DNA of 63,381 bases, counting the filler, from Chiloscyllium plagiosum (taxonomy: Eukaryota): the NCBI RefSeq assembly GCF_004010195.1. It is 5 parts of one record of this genome, joined end to end, with 100 filler letters (N's around TTAATTAATTAA, not from the genome) between each part and the next. Parts side by side here need not be neighbours in the genome. Positions count along the whole stretch, not along the records: positions 26,674 to 45,401 come from NC_057717.1; 4 more parts are not named here. The stretch is one strand, 5' to 3'. The notes under the pieces were generated by a model, which was not told the DNA's origin, searched no databases, and was given only the letters and a program-made list of their open reading frames with translations. Below, one piece after another: positions 26,674 through 40,461 of the stretch. Made by a program: the position numbers and the translations under genes. Positions within the stretch are counted from its first letter, which is position 1, and each line of letters begins with the position of its first letter.

Positions 26674-27015
26674 CTCCTGAACACACCTTACAAAAACCGC
26701 TCCATTCAAATCTTCTGCTCGAATGAGGTTCCAATCAATATTGGGAAAGTTAAAATCGCCCATTACAATAACCCTACTACGTTCACACTTTTCCAAAATC
26801 TGCCGACATATGCTTTTTTCAATCTCCCCGCTGCTATTGGGCTGCCTGTAGTAAACCCCTAAAGAGGTGACTGCTCCCTTGCTGTTCCTAATTTCCACCC
26901 ATACTGACTCGGTAGGCAGATCTTCCTCGACAATGGAAGCTTCTGTAGCTGTGATACCCTCTCTGATTAGTAGTGCTACACCCCCTCCTCTTTTTTCCCC
27001 CTCCCTCACCATGGA
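26674..27015 (-). mobile_element. CR1 ORF2 AP-endonuclease fragment (young, open frame)
   Basis: GGGVALLI, ESVWVEI, GVYYRQP, MGDFNFPNIDW. Confidence 0.92.
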
Positions 27016-27029
27016 AGTGATACTGAACA

Positions 27030-29130
27030 AATTGATGGCAATCCCTTCTGACTTTCCGTTGTCTGATGCTGAATATTGTGTACTCAGCAGAGGTCTTAGT
27101 TTTAACCATCGTCAATCCTTACCACAAAATAAAACTCATTTCGGACACTATATGATGTTGAGCTTTCCTTCAGCCATCTTCACCTTTGAAGCCATTCCTT
27201 TGGACAAGAGTCCTCTCCCTGTCACAAAGAACCCTTCACCAACCTCCAACAATCTCCCTCTGGCCATTTGCCTACACTCTATCTGTTCATCGAGAAAGGT
27301 CAACGTGATATTGGTCGCCTCTATTTCTCTGCCCCTCATCCATTCAAACTTGTCTCCCTCTGAACTGATTGCACTCCGTACTCTCAGATCTAACCCTGAC
27401 TTTGTTATTAAGTTTGCCGCCAAGGGTGGTGCTGTTGCCGTCTGGTGTACTGACCTCTATATTGTGAAAGCTGAGCGCCAGCTCTCAGATACCCCCTCCT
27501 ACCTTCCCCTGGACCATAACCCCACCATGGAACATCAGGCTATTGTGTCCACAACGCTCACTCACCTCATTTCATCTAGTAACCTCCTCACCACTGCCTC
27601 CAAGCTGATAGTCCCCCAACCTTGCACATCTCTCTTCTACCTCGTTCTCAAAATACACAAACAGGACTGCCCATTGTTTCTACCTGCTCCTGCCTCATAG
27701 AACTCTTCTCTTTCTACCTCAACTTGATTATTTCTCCCCTTGTCCAATCCCTTCCCACTTACATCCGCCATTCCTCTGATGCAAGAATCAGTTTCAGAAT
27801 TTCCAGTTTGCAGGTCCCAGCTGCCTCCTCTTCACCATGAATGTGCAATCCCTTTACTTGACCATTCCCCATCAGGCTGGTCTCAGGGCTCTCTGCTTCT
27901 CATCAGAAAAAAGGTTTGAACTGTCCCCATCCACCACTACCCTCATCCGCCTGGCCAAGCTCTTACTCACCTAAACAACTTCTCTTTTAACTCTTCACCT
28001 TCTCCAGATCAAAGGGCTGACCATGGGTTACCGCATGGGCCCCAGTTATGCCCTTGTCTTTGAGGGATTAATGGAACATTCCTTGTCCGTCGTGTTCCAG
28101 CCCCCACCTGCAACTCTTTCTCCAGTATATCGATAGGAACAGTGATGCTGCTTCCCTCTCTTCTCTGAAATTGGAAAAATTCATCGATTTCACTTCCAAT
28201 TTCTATCCCTGTCTCACCTTCACCTGGTCCATTTCTGATTCCTCCCTTCCCTTCCTCGACATCCCTGTTTCCCTTTCTGGGGATAGTCTAGCCACCAGTA
28301 TCCACTATAAACCCACCGACTCCCACAGCTGCCTGGACTATACATCCTCACACCCAGTTGCCTGGAAAGGCTCTATTCCATCCTCCCGGTTCCTCCATCT
28401 CTGTTGCATCTGTTCCAATGAGGCCAGCTTCGACAAGGAGCCTCCGAAATGTCCACCTTCTTCCTCAACTGACCCATCTCCAGTATCTCTGCCCTTACCC
28501 CCTGCTTACCTCCCACAACAGCGCTAGTATCCCCCTTGTCCTTACCTACCATCCCATCAGCATCCACATCTAGAGGGACCTTAGCTGCCATTTCCGTCAC
28601 CTCCTGTGAGATGCCACCACCAGACACATATTCCCCTCCCCGTTCTTTGTCAGCTTTCCACAGGGACCATTCTATCTGGGACACACTGGTCCACCCTTGC
28701 TCCAATCCTAACACCTCCCCACAGCATCACGGCACCATCCCCTGCAATCAGCAAAGGTGTAATCCCAGCCAATTTACCTCCTCCCTCTTCAGTATCCAAG
28801 GGCCCAAACACATATCTTCCAGGTGAAGCAGTGCTTTACCTGTCCTTCCCACAATCCAGTCAACTGCATTTGCTGCTCACAATGTGGTGTACTCACCACT
28901 GGGGAGACAAAGCACAGACTGGGTGACCACTTTGCAAAACATCTACATTCTCTCCGCAGCAATGACCCTGAGCTTCCGGTGGCCTGACATTTCAACATCC
29001 CGTGTTCCCGAGCCAACATCTCTATCTCTGCTGCAGTACTCCCGAAAGAAGCCCAGCATCTCATTTTCCGTTTGAGAACCCTGCAACCTCTGGACTTAGT
29101 ATTGAGTTTGACAATTGTAAGGCCTGAGCA
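27030..29130 (+). mobile_element. Degenerate Penelope-like element ORF (RT plus GIY-YIG)
   Basis: SNLSPSE...VIKFAAKGGAV, FYLVLKIHK, LPFLDI...YKPTDSHSCLDYTSSHP, GIY-YIG remnant ~28860-28950; frameshifted. Confidence 0.9.
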
Positions 29131-29289
29131 CTTTTCCAGGTCCTTACTGCAACCGTTACACACCAGTCATTGTCATCACATGGGCTGCTACCATGTACAG
29201 CCCATTGTCAGTCGCTAATGGTCTCCATTAGCAGCTAATAATTCTCCCAGAGAGAGGTGACTTGATTGAAGTGTATAAGATCAGTTTGG

Positions 29290-32200
29290 GGGATGTATAG
29301 TCAGGGCATTTCTATGACAATGAGTGAGACTCCAGGGTGGTGTGTTGCCTCCCTGCTGTCAGGGTTAAGGATGTCTTTGAGTAAGCATAGGTTATTCTGA
29401 AGGGTGAGGGTGAGCAGCCAGAGATTGTAGTCCACCTTAGTTCTAATGGCATCGGCGGGAAGAGAGATGAGGTCCTGCATAGGGAGTTCAGGGAGTGAAC
29501 TAGGAAGTTGAAAAACAGAACTTCTAGGGTTGTAATCTCAGGATTACTTCCTGTGCCACCTGTCAGTGAGGCCAGGAATAGAAAAAATAGTCCAGTTAAA
29601 TATGTGGCTAAAGAGCTGGTGCAGGAGGGAGGGATTCTGGTATCTGGATCATTGGGATGTCTTTCAGGGCAGGAGGGACCTGAATAAGAAGGACGGAATA
29701 CACCTAAACTGTAGGGGCACCAATACCCTGGCAGGGAGGTTTTCTGATGCCACTGGGAAGATTTAAATTAGTGTGGCAGAGGGTAGGAACCAAAACAGTA
29801 AGTCAGCAAGTGGAGTGACTGAAGTCAACGTTAAGTCAAGTCTTCAAAGTAGGAAGAACAGGCAGGGCCAGGTTAATGAACACGGTGGGACTGGTGGTCT
29901 GAAGTGTATTTATTTTAATGCAAGGATTATAGTAGGTAAGGCAGATGAGCTTCGAACCTGGATTAGTACATGGGTCTACAATGGGGTAGCCAGTACAGAA
30001 CCTTGGTTAAGTGAAGAACAAGCAGCTCAATGTTCCAGAGTTTCGATGTTTCAGATGCGATAGAATGAGATATAAAAGGGGTGGTGGAGTTGCAGTACTG
30101 ATTAAGGAGGGCTCATCCAGCGAGGCTATCGCGGTAGATTCCAGGAACAAGAAAAGTGCAATCACTTTGATGCGGTTATACCAAAGGCCTACCAACAGGC
30201 AGCGGGAGATAGAGGAACAAATATGTAAGCAGGTCATGGAAAGATGTAAAAACAACAGGGTTACTGTAATGGGTGGCTTTAACTTCCCCCATATTGACTG
30301 GGACTCCCTTAGTGCCAGGGGCTTAAGTAGGCCAGAATTTGTTGGGTGAATCCAGGAAACAGCATGTCAACAGTCCAACAAGGGAAGGGACCTACTAAAT
30401 TTGTATTGGGTAATTGAAATTTCAGTGGAGGGGGCATATTGAGAATAATGATCATTGTTCCGTATGTTACAGATAAGGATAAGTCTGGTTCTCGGGTGAA
30501 AGAACTAAATTCGGGGAAGGCAAATTACAACAGCAATTAGGCAGAAATTAAATTTGGGGCGGTTGTTTGAGGGAAACTTCACATTTGATATGTGGGAGTC
30601 TTTTATAGGTCGGTTGAACAGACTTCAAGACCAGCATGTTCCTGTGAGAATGAAAGATGAGGGAGGCAAGTTTCAGGAACCCTGGATGACAAGAGATATT
30701 GAAAGTTTAGTCAAAAAGGCAAAGGAAGCATAAGTCAGGTTTAGGAAACTGAAATCAGACAAGACCCTTGAGGAATAGAAAGGAAGCAGGAAAGAAATTA
30801 AACAAGGAAACAGGATTGCTAAAGGGGCCATGAAATGTCCTTGAGATGTAGGATTAAGGAGACTCCCCGGGCATTTTATATGTACATTAGGCACAAAAGG
30901 GTAACTAGGGAAAGGGCAGCTCCCCTCAAGGCCAAAAGTGGGAATTTATGGGTGGGGCCAGAAGAAGAGTGAGATCCTTATTGAATTTTTTGTATCAGTA
31001 GTCACCAAGGAGAAGAACATGGCTGATAGTAAAATTAGCAAAGGGTATGTTGATATTCAGGGCTATGTCGATACTAAGAAGGACGAGGCATTAGATGTCT
31101 TGAAAAACCTGAAGGTAGTTAAGTCGCCAGGGCTTGATGGGATTTATCCCAGCATTTGACAAGATCCAGAAGATTAAGGCACATGGAATCCATGGTGAGG
31201 TGGTCAGTTGGGCACAAAATTGGCTTGGTCATAGAAAACAGAGGGTAGTTGTGGAGGGTGGCTTTTCTGACTGGGAGTCTGTGACCACTGGTATTCCACA
31301 AGGATCAGTGCTGGGACACCTGTTGTTTGTAATATATATAATATATATATATTTAAATATATATAATATATATATATTTAAGTGATTGGGTGAAAATATG
31401 GGCGGTCTGATTAGTAAGTTTGCAGACGACACAAAAAAATTGATGGGATTGTGGATAGTGAGGAGTGTTGTCAAAGGATACGACAGGATATAGATTATTT
31501 GGAAAGTTGGGCGGAGAAATGGCAAATGGAATTTAATCTGCATAAGTGTGAGCTGATGCATTGTGGGAGGTCAAATGTAACAAGAAAGTGTAGAGTAAGT
31601 TATAGGACCCTGAGGAGCATTGATATACAGAGGGATCTTAGGGCGCAAGTCTATGGCTCCCTGAAAGTGACAACACATGTGGATAAGGTGGTAAAGAAGG
31701 TGTGTGGCATGCCTGCCTTCGCCAACTGGGGCGTTGGGTATAAAAGTTGGCAAGTCACGTTGCAGCTGTACAAGACTTTAGTCAGGCCATGTTTGGAGCA
31801 TTGTGTGCAGTTCTGGTTGGCACACTACAGGAAGGATGTGGAGATTTTGGAGAGCGGACAGAAGAGGTTTACTAGGATTAGATTACTTACAGTGTGGAAA
31901 CAGGCCCTTCGGCCCAACAAGTCCACACCGCCCCGCCAAAGCGCAACCCACCCATACATTTACCCCTTACCTGACACTACGGGCAATTTAGCATGGCCAA
32001 TTCACCTGACCTGCACATCTTTGGACTGTGGGAGGAAACCGGAGCACCCAGAGGAAACCCACGCAGACACGGGGAGAACGTGCAAACTCCACACAGTCAG
32101 TCGCCTGAGGCGGGAATTGAACCCGGGTCTCTGGCGCTGTGAGGCAGCAGTGCTAACCACTGTGCCACCGTGCCGCCCACAAGGATCTTGTTTGGATTGG

Positions 32201-32620
32201 AGTGTCTTAGCTATCAAGAGAGATTGGACAAAATTGGATTGTTTTCACAAGTGTCGGAGGCTGAAGGACAACCTGATAGAACTATATATAAAATTCTGAG
32301 TGGCGTGTATAGGGTGGATAGTCATTCTTTTTCCCAGGGTGGAAATATCAAATACTAGGGAGCACAGGTTTAAACTGAGAGAAGGAGTTTAAAAGAGATG
32401 TGTGAGGCAAGTTTTTTTTACACAGAGGGCGATAGGTGCCTGGTACCTGCTGCCAGGGGAGATGGTAGAAGTAGATACGACAACAATGTTTAAGATGCAT
32501 TTCGACAGACCCATGAACAGGCAGGAAATAGCGGGATACATGCAGCCATATGGGATTAGTTTAGACATGGTGGACCAAAGGGCCTGTTCCTGTTCGGGAC
32601 TGGTTTATGTTCTATTTTGA
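29290..32620 (+). mobile_element. Near-full-length decayed CR1 LINE (ORF1 esterase, endonuclease, RT with internal deletion, 3' UTR)
   Basis: KKDGIHLNCRGT, KCIYFNAR, GGFNFPHIDW, KSPGLDGIYP, GIPQGSVLG, FADDT, LEHCVQFW. Confidence 0.92.
31879..32178 (-). mobile_element. HE1 SINE inserted in CR1 RT
   Basis: Minus strand starts gggcggcacggtggcacagtggttagcactgctgcctcacagc (A box), gggttcaattccc (B box); CR1-like tail; flanks actaggat/acaaggat as TSD. Confidence 0.92.
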
Positions 32621-33039
32621 ATGGCCTTGACAAAGGTGGATGTGAAAAGAATATTTTCCTCTTGTGGGTGAACCCAGTACTCGGGCGCACTGGTTGAGAA
32701 CAAGGGCACACCCTTCTGGGGCAGATATGTGGGGATTTATTTTCTCTCACAGTTGTAGGACTTTGGAACCATCTGCCTCTGAAAGCGGTGGAGCCAGGTT
32801 CATCGTGTATTTACAGTCAGGTGGATAGTTTGTTGTTAGCCATGGAAAGAAGGAAAATGCAGAATTCCAAACACAAGCAGAATAGCTGTGATGTTACAGC
32901 ATGGCTGAGCAGGTTCAAAGTGCCGAATGCCCTGTTTATATATGTTTGGTGTAACCTCCCTGCTGCTGAATTCTAGGTGACCTCATCAAGGAAGTGTCCC
33001 ATTTGCCTTGACCTCACAACGATGAATGTATGAGGATAA

Positions 33040-34220
33040 TGTTGCCTGGGGTTTCAAGTGGAGAAATGGTAGAGAAGTTAAATCATCACCTTATGTCTGC
33101 CCACACAGAAGAAGACACTAAACATTTCACTGAAATAATGAAGATTAAGAATCCAGTGAGAGTGTGAAACTGAAATTGATTATGAAGAAGGGAGAGAGAC
33201 AACAGGGAACTACAGACCAGTTAGCTGGATATCAATAGTAGGGAAAATATTTGAATCTATATAAAGGGCAAGAATACTGGATATTTAGAAAGTATTGTCT
33301 GATTGGCCAGAATCAACATGACTTTATGAAGGTGATGTCGTATTTTGCAAAGCTGTTCATGTTTTTTCAGCATGTTACTGACAAAATCTACAAGGATGAG
33401 CCAGAGAATGTGATGTATTTGGATCTTTGGAAAGCTTTTGATGAGATCTCACACAGATTAGTACAAATATATTGGAGATAGTTTCTGGCATAAGTTGAGG
33501 ATTGGATAACAGGCAGAATGCAGAGAGTAGGAATAAGTGAATCATTATCCAGTTGCCAGGCTGTTACTAATGGAGAGTCGCAACGATCACTTCTTAAGTC
33601 TTAGGTGTTAATATTCTGTATCAATGATTTCTGTGTTGGGGACAATTGTAATAATTTCACATTTGCAGATGATACAAAACTTAATGGAAATGTAGGTTGG
33701 GAGGAAGTTGCAAAGAGACTATTAAGTGAGTGAGCAAAAGCACGTCAAATGGAATATAACGCGGACCAGTGTGAAGTTATCCACTTTGGTGAAAAGAATC
33801 AGAGTGCACAGTAGTTCTTAAATAGTGAGGGATGGCAGAGTGTTATATGATGGCCAAAGGGGCCTAGGTGTCCTTGTTCCTGGGTCACAGGAATTTTCGG
33901 GCAGAGACAGCCAGTGATTTGAAAGGGCAGTAGTGTGTTAGCCTTTGTTGTGAGTGGATTTGAGTACAGGAACAATAAAGCATGGCTTCAGTTGTCTTGA
34001 ACTGTAGAGACTGGCTGGAGTATTGTGTGCAGTCCTGGATGCCTTGCCCAAGGAAGGTTAGATATGCCCCACAGAAAGTTCAGCAGAGGTTCACCATATG
34101 GATTCCTAGCATAGCTGGATTATCCTTTGAGGAAAATTGAAGTATTTTCTGGAGGTTCAGAGAATAAGAAACTTACAGAAATCTTAAAAGGATAGGCAGG
34201 GTCGATGTGGGAAGGATGAG
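33040..34220 (+). mobile_element. Old CR1 RT fragment
   Basis: GNYRPVS, QHDFMK, YLDLWKAFD, FADDTKL motifs with stops. Confidence 0.85.
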
Positions 34221-34840
34221 CTGGATTTTCTGACAGCCAGACAATTGTTTCTGCTGCATGGATGGGATAGTGCATCAGGACACTGAGAAATCCCAGTGTA
34301 GCAAACTCTGAACAAATTGCCTGGGAACCAATTTCCCCTGAGTCTAGAATCCTCTGGAAGTATCCATTTAATTCAGAGCATTTGGTTGGTTCCCCTGCAG
34401 TTGAGTAAATAGTTCCTCAGGAAACACAAGACTATTAAAAACCTTGTCTAACCTTTGAGTAACTATTCAACTGTCTTTTAAACTTATTTCAAGAAGCCCC
34501 AATCAGATCTCATCCAGACTCCTTACAACCTCTGTGCCTTGACCTGTCACCCTCCCTCTACTCCAGGACCCAACAGCCACTCCCTCCCTGTAGGACCTGA
34601 CACCCCACCATCAGCTGTAAGATCTCTTGTAAATCCTGATCCACCCTAAACATTCCATCACTGCTTCCCTGGCCTCCTTACCATTTAACACCTTTAGAAA
34701 ACTACCCATTTGTGCCTCACTTAGCCTTGAAACCCATGAGCTTTTCATTTTCTTCTCAATGAACCAAGTGGGACCTTGTTGAAACTTTTGCTGAAATCCA
34801 AATAGACTACATACAGGCTGCTATCCTCATTGATCTCCAT

Positions 34841-35469
34841 TGTTATGGACTAGGCCAGACCACTCAAAACATTCTTAAACTGGCAACCCAGAACGTAACT
34901 TTGCAATTTGTTTCAGTAAGTGTACAGTGAAAATTACCCGGAGTAAGTTAGCGAGGTTGACTACCAGGTTTAAAACAGATAAAAATTTATTCACAAAATT
35001 ACACAATGAAATGCAAAGTACAGGATATAGAGCCCCTACAGAACTCAGTCTATCCAAACTAGACTTAATCATGCTGTTCCAAATATACACAACAATCCCA
35101 ATAAGTGAAAATGGAACAAATGCTTGCAGGTTGAAGTTAGAAGGGCAGAAGAAAAGAGAGTTTAGCAACTTGTTTCCACACAGCTCAGTGTTGAACTCCT
35201 TAACTAGTTCTGAACTAAACTGCTCAGCTAGAGAGCTGACCACTCCCCTTTCATTCTACAGGTCACTTCTAAAACATGACCACTTTGGCCTGAAGTCTCA
35301 TCTGTTTACATTTAACCAAAAGGCCTCTCAACATGCTTTTTCACCTCTGTACCAAACTTGTCACCTCAACGCCTGGAGGGTTTTATGACCCCTCTGAAAA
35401 AAGCCAAGGACACAGGATCCTTGAGAAAAGGAACAGTTGTTTCAGAAAAAAGGGACCAGCTTTGTGACA
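34841..35469 (-). repeat. 3' LTR
   Basis: tgttatggactaggcc...ctttgtgaca; adjacent polypurine tract on minus strand. Confidence 0.93.
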
Positions 35470-36018
35470 CCTTCCCTCTTAAAAAAAACCCATCAATACC
35501 AAAAGATGGCTTCAATTTTAAAACCCTTCAAAAACAAACTGGTTAGTAGTCTAAACACACACATATACAGTATACTAACTATAAACATGCAAACATGCAG
35601 AATCCTATGTGAATTCAGGCCATGGCACACCCGCTACCAAACGCCTCCATATCTCATTCGAGCCTCGGTAACGCTTCGGCAATCATGTTTTCGCACCTGC
35701 CACAAGCACAATTGTCAAACTGAATGGCTGCAACAACAAGCTCCATCAAAACAGTCCGGCATTTTTGTCCTTAAACTTTTCCACAAATGTCAATGGGTTA
35801 TGATCAGTGTACACAATTGTCTCAGATGCATTGCTGGGAATATAAACACTGAAGTGTTGTAATGCTTAAAGTCTCTTTCTGCAACATTGAATATTTCTTG
35901 TGGTGAATGTTCAACTTCCTGGAAAAATACCTGATGGGTCTTTCTATCCCCTCGTCATCCTTCTGCAGGAGCACCACACTGACACCCACATCACTGGCAT
36001 CGATAGCCACCTTGAAAT

Positions 36019-36325
36019 ATTAGATTACTTACAGTGTGGAAACAGGCCATTCAGCTCAACAAGTCCACACCGACCTGCCGAAGCGCAACACACCCAGACC
36101 CATTCCCCTACATTTACCACTTCACCTAACACTACGGGCAATTCAGCATGGCTAATTCGCCTGACCTGCACATTTTTGGATTGTGGGAGGAAACCAGAGC
36201 ACCCGGAGGAAACCCATGCAGACACGGGGAGAAAGTGCAAACTCCACACAGAGAGTCGCCTGAGACAGGAATTGAACTCGGGTCATTTGGCGCTGTGAGG
36301 CAGCAGTGCTAACCACTGTGCCACT
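36019..36325 (-). mobile_element. HE1 SINE inserted at RT/RNase H junction
   Basis: Homologous to 31879-32178. Confidence 0.92.
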
Positions 36326-39300
36326 GGGTCAAAGGCTTTGTGTAATCAGGTGTGGCTAATACTGGGGCAGAGGTTAACACAGTTTTTAGGCTGTCAAATG
36401 CCTTTTGACAGTCCACTGTTCACTGAAACTTCTTGCCCTTTTGTAACAATTTGGTGAGTGGAGCAGCCACACTACTAAAGTTTGGCACAAACCTTCAATA
36501 AAATTCACTCAATCCCAGGAAGTGTAGTACTGCTTTGCTCATTGACAGTGTGGGAAGTTCCCCAGTTACTTTCGTTTTCGCATGCTGTGGGGCCATTTGT
36601 CCATGTCCAATAGCATGGCCCAGGAAAGTGACTTGGGCTTTTGGCAAATTCACTTTTAGCTAGATTTGCCACCAAGCCTACCTTCCAAAGTCAATCGAAC
36701 AAGTCTGATAAATGCAGTAAATGTTCCTTCCATGAGTGACTAAAAGTCACCAGGTCATCAATATACACCATACAGTTGGGTATTCCAACAATGATCTTAT
36801 TAGTCAGTCTCTGAAATGTGGCTGGACCACTTTTCATAGCAAATGGCATGACTTTGAACTGATATAGTCCATTTGACATTACGAAAGCTGAAAATGCCTT
36901 TGCTCTCTCTGAAAGAGGTACTTGCCAGTAGCCCCTGAGCAAGTCGAACTTAGAAATGTAAGTTGCTTGTCCCACATTTTTGACACAGTCTTCCAATCGT
37001 GGAATTGGATATGCATCAGTCTTTGTAAAGACATTGACTCTGCAATAGTCCACACATAACCGTTGGGTACCATCTGGCTTTGGCACCATGACTATGGGTG
37101 AGCTCCAGTCACTAACTCACTTCAATTAAGCCATCTTGGAGCATGCACTCCATCTCCTTCTGAAACTGTGCCAATTGTAGAGGGTTATGCCTATAATGAT
37201 GTTGCTTAATCGGAACAGCATCTCCCATATTTACATCATACACAATTAGGTTAGTACTTCCCAGTTTATTTTCGCAAATCTCCCCATGTGATAGTAATAA
37301 TTCTTTCAGGTCATTTTGATTTTCTTGACGAAGGTGACTCAATAATTTATCCTAATTTTTGACAACTTCCTCTTTGCCCAATTTGATTTGAGGAATGTCC
37401 AATTCAGAATCCTCTGAACGTGGTTCTTCCTTCTGTGCTGTAATCATTAACACCTCCTCCTCTTGCTTCCCTTCCCTATCAAAATACCATTTGAGCATAT
37501 TCACATAACACACTCTGTGAGATTCCTTCCTGTCTGGAGTCGTTAACAAGTAGTTCTCCTCACTCAATTTCCTCTCGATTTGATAAGATCCACGAAACCT
37601 TGCTTTTAAAGGCTTACCTGTGACTTATCCTCCTGTGACAATACCTTCTCCCCAATTGCAAAATTGTGAATTTGTGATTTCTTATCTGCTTCCTGTTTCA
37701 TTGTATGATGTGATACTTTTAAATGCTGTCGAGCCAACTCTCCAGCTCTATTTAATCGTTCTCTAAAATTTGACACATCATCCAAATGGGTGGTCTCTGA
37801 ATTCTGAATTATTAATTTCTCCTTAATCTTTTAATGGTCCTCTTACTTCATACCCAAAAATTAATTCAAGTGGACTGAATTTGGTCGATTCATTCTGTGC
37901 ATCGCTGTTCGCAAAAAGTACAAACGGAACTCCGTTATTCCACTCATCTGGATAATCCTGACCATAAGCCCTCAACATGATGTTTAGTGTTTGATGCCAT
38001 CTCTCTAGCGCTCCCTGCGATTCTGGAATGCAGTAGATTTGAATTGCATTATTCCCAAGTTATCTATAACCTCCTTGAATTGTTTGGATATGAAGTTTGA
38101 TCCTTGATCTGGCTGGATCTCTACTGGTAGTCTGTATCTAGTAAAAAATTTAAGTAATTCTTTGACAACCCTTTTAGCTGTAATGTTGTGTAATGGGATT
38201 ACCTCTGGAAATCTAGTTGACACACCCATTATTGTTAATAATTACTTATTCCTACTTTTTGTTTGAAGTAGGGGACCTATGCAGTCAATCAAGACTCTTG
38301 TGAATGGTTTCTCAAATGCTGAAATAGGTATTAAAGGTGCAAGTTTTATTACTGTCTGTGGTTTTCCAATTAGCTGACATGTATAACACATCTGGCAAAA
38401 TTCAACTACATTCTTGTGTAGTCCAGGCCAGTAAAAAATCTTTGTATTTTAGCCTGTGTTTTCCGCACCCCTAAATGATCTCCAAGTGGTAGCTCATGCG
38501 CCACACTCAGCACCTCATTTCTGTACCTACTGGCAAAACAATTTGATGAATCTCTGTCCATTTCTCATCTGCTTGAATGTGTGATGGTCTCCACTTCCTC
38601 ATTAAGACATTATTTGTTAAGTAATAATACACAGAGATGCATTCACTCTCCTTCCCTGTATATGTCTTTTGATACAACTGTTTTCACTCCTCATCTTTCT
38701 GCTTTAACTCAATAAGCGTAGCAGAGCTAAAGATACTTGCATGTCTACCTAGTTGCACCTGCTCTGTCCCACTTATCTAATCAAAAAAAGTCCCTGATAA
38801 AACTATGTCAGCTTCCATATCTGTGCCTTTTGATCTCTGCTGCTTCAATGTGTGACTCTGTGATGTTGTGATCACACAATCTGGGAAAATTCCTGGATAA
38901 ACATCCTTCATTTCTTCAGTTGCCTGCGTCACCACTGGCTTTTCAACTAGAGTAGGCAGCATGCCTGTCGGTGAATCAGCTATATCATTTGCAAGGACAA
39001 ATTATATTCCTGGAGCTGACAGTTTGTCCCGTACTCCTACCACAAATTCTCTGCTCTGGACTCACTAGCCTCACTTTGCATAATTGGACGCTTTTTGTCT
39101 CACCATGAATTCCTGTTACTAGTACCTTTTTCTGGCAATAGTCCCTCAGGAGTAAATATCTCCTCATCCTTCAGCATTACGACTGAGAGGATCCTGTGTC
39201 CCTTAATATTGTAACCTCGTTATCTATGACTCCTGGCCTATGTGAATAAACTTGTTTTTTTTTAAGCAGATCTGCCACTTCCTCCTCAACCAGCCTCTGA

Positions 39301-40083
39301 ACACTCTGAGGCAGTTGTCTAACTTCCCTTGTGCTTTTTGTTACTAGTCCCACAAAACTCCCTGGCTTGTCTGGTTTTTCTACATTTGGCTTTCTCCTTG
39401 CCCACCAACACTATGATTTTGTGTGACCCACTTTATTACAATGAAAACACTGGAGCTTTTTAACTTCTTTGTCCCCCTAAAGGGTTTTGTTTTAACCCTG
39501 TGGTAAGTTATCCTTATGATCTTCACTGAGATTTACCTTTGCCTTTCCACATGAGGATTTCTCTTTCCCCCAATTTCTATCCCTCATGGACAGAGCTTTA
39601 TAGACCAGCTCAGAATCATCAGGCACTTCAGCTGCTAACCAGGCCGTTTTAACTCTTTACTCTACCACACGAGTTCGCACTACGTCTTCACTAAAGTTAC
39701 CTTCAGCCTTTATCTCCAGCCTTTTAAACTGACTTTCCTTTTTAAGTGTCACTTTCTGAAGTTCAAACACTCCCTCTTTTTCTCTCTGTTTTGCTGCTCT
39801 CACTTTTTTCTTTCTCTTCTGCTGCCCTCTCTTTTTCCCTCTCCTGCTTTTAATCGTAACTCAAACTGTTTCATTTCTGCTGCCCTTTCCTTATCTCTCA
39901 CTCACTCAAGCTGCTTCATTTGCAATTGAATTCTTGTCATCCCTATAGATTCTGATGGTTTCTCTGACAAGTTTAAATGTTGGAGTCCTTAACAAGTAGT
40001 TCTCCTCACTCAATTTGCTCTCGATTTGATAAGATCCACGAAACCTTGCTTTTAAAGACTTACCTGTGACTTATCCTCCTGTG

Positions 40084-40198
40084 GAGAAAGTGAGGTCTGC
40101 AGATGCTGGAGATCAGAGCTGAAAATGTGTTGCTGGAAAAGCGCAGCAGGTCAGGCAGCATCCAGGGAACAGGAGAATCGACGTTTCGGGCATAAGCC
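40084..40198 (-). mobile_element. Penelope-type pseudo-LTR fragment (3' half of hammerhead motif)
   Basis: Minus strand ggcttatgcccgaaacgtcgattctcc..., homologous to 59552-59645. Confidence 0.8.
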
Positions 40199-40461
40199 AA
40201 AATGGGTGGTCTCTAATTATCTCTCCTTTCCTCACAGAACCAGGCAGTTCCAATCACAGCTGGTCTGCTAATTCCTGTAGCTGAGTCTTATTCACCTTTT
40301 GCAAAACTTCCAAAGTCACCGCATCCACATCCAGAAAACTCTTGGTGACTGAAAGAGCCGTTACTATCCCAAGCTTTATCTCCCCAACCAAACCAACACC
40401 CGAAATAAAGACACCAGCACCTCCCACTCGCTGTTTAAAATCCCACAAAGAGCCCCCAGTC

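Noticed and set aside
31451..32299. 282-aa ORF
   Set aside because: Chance read-through from CR1 RT into an antisense HE1 SINE
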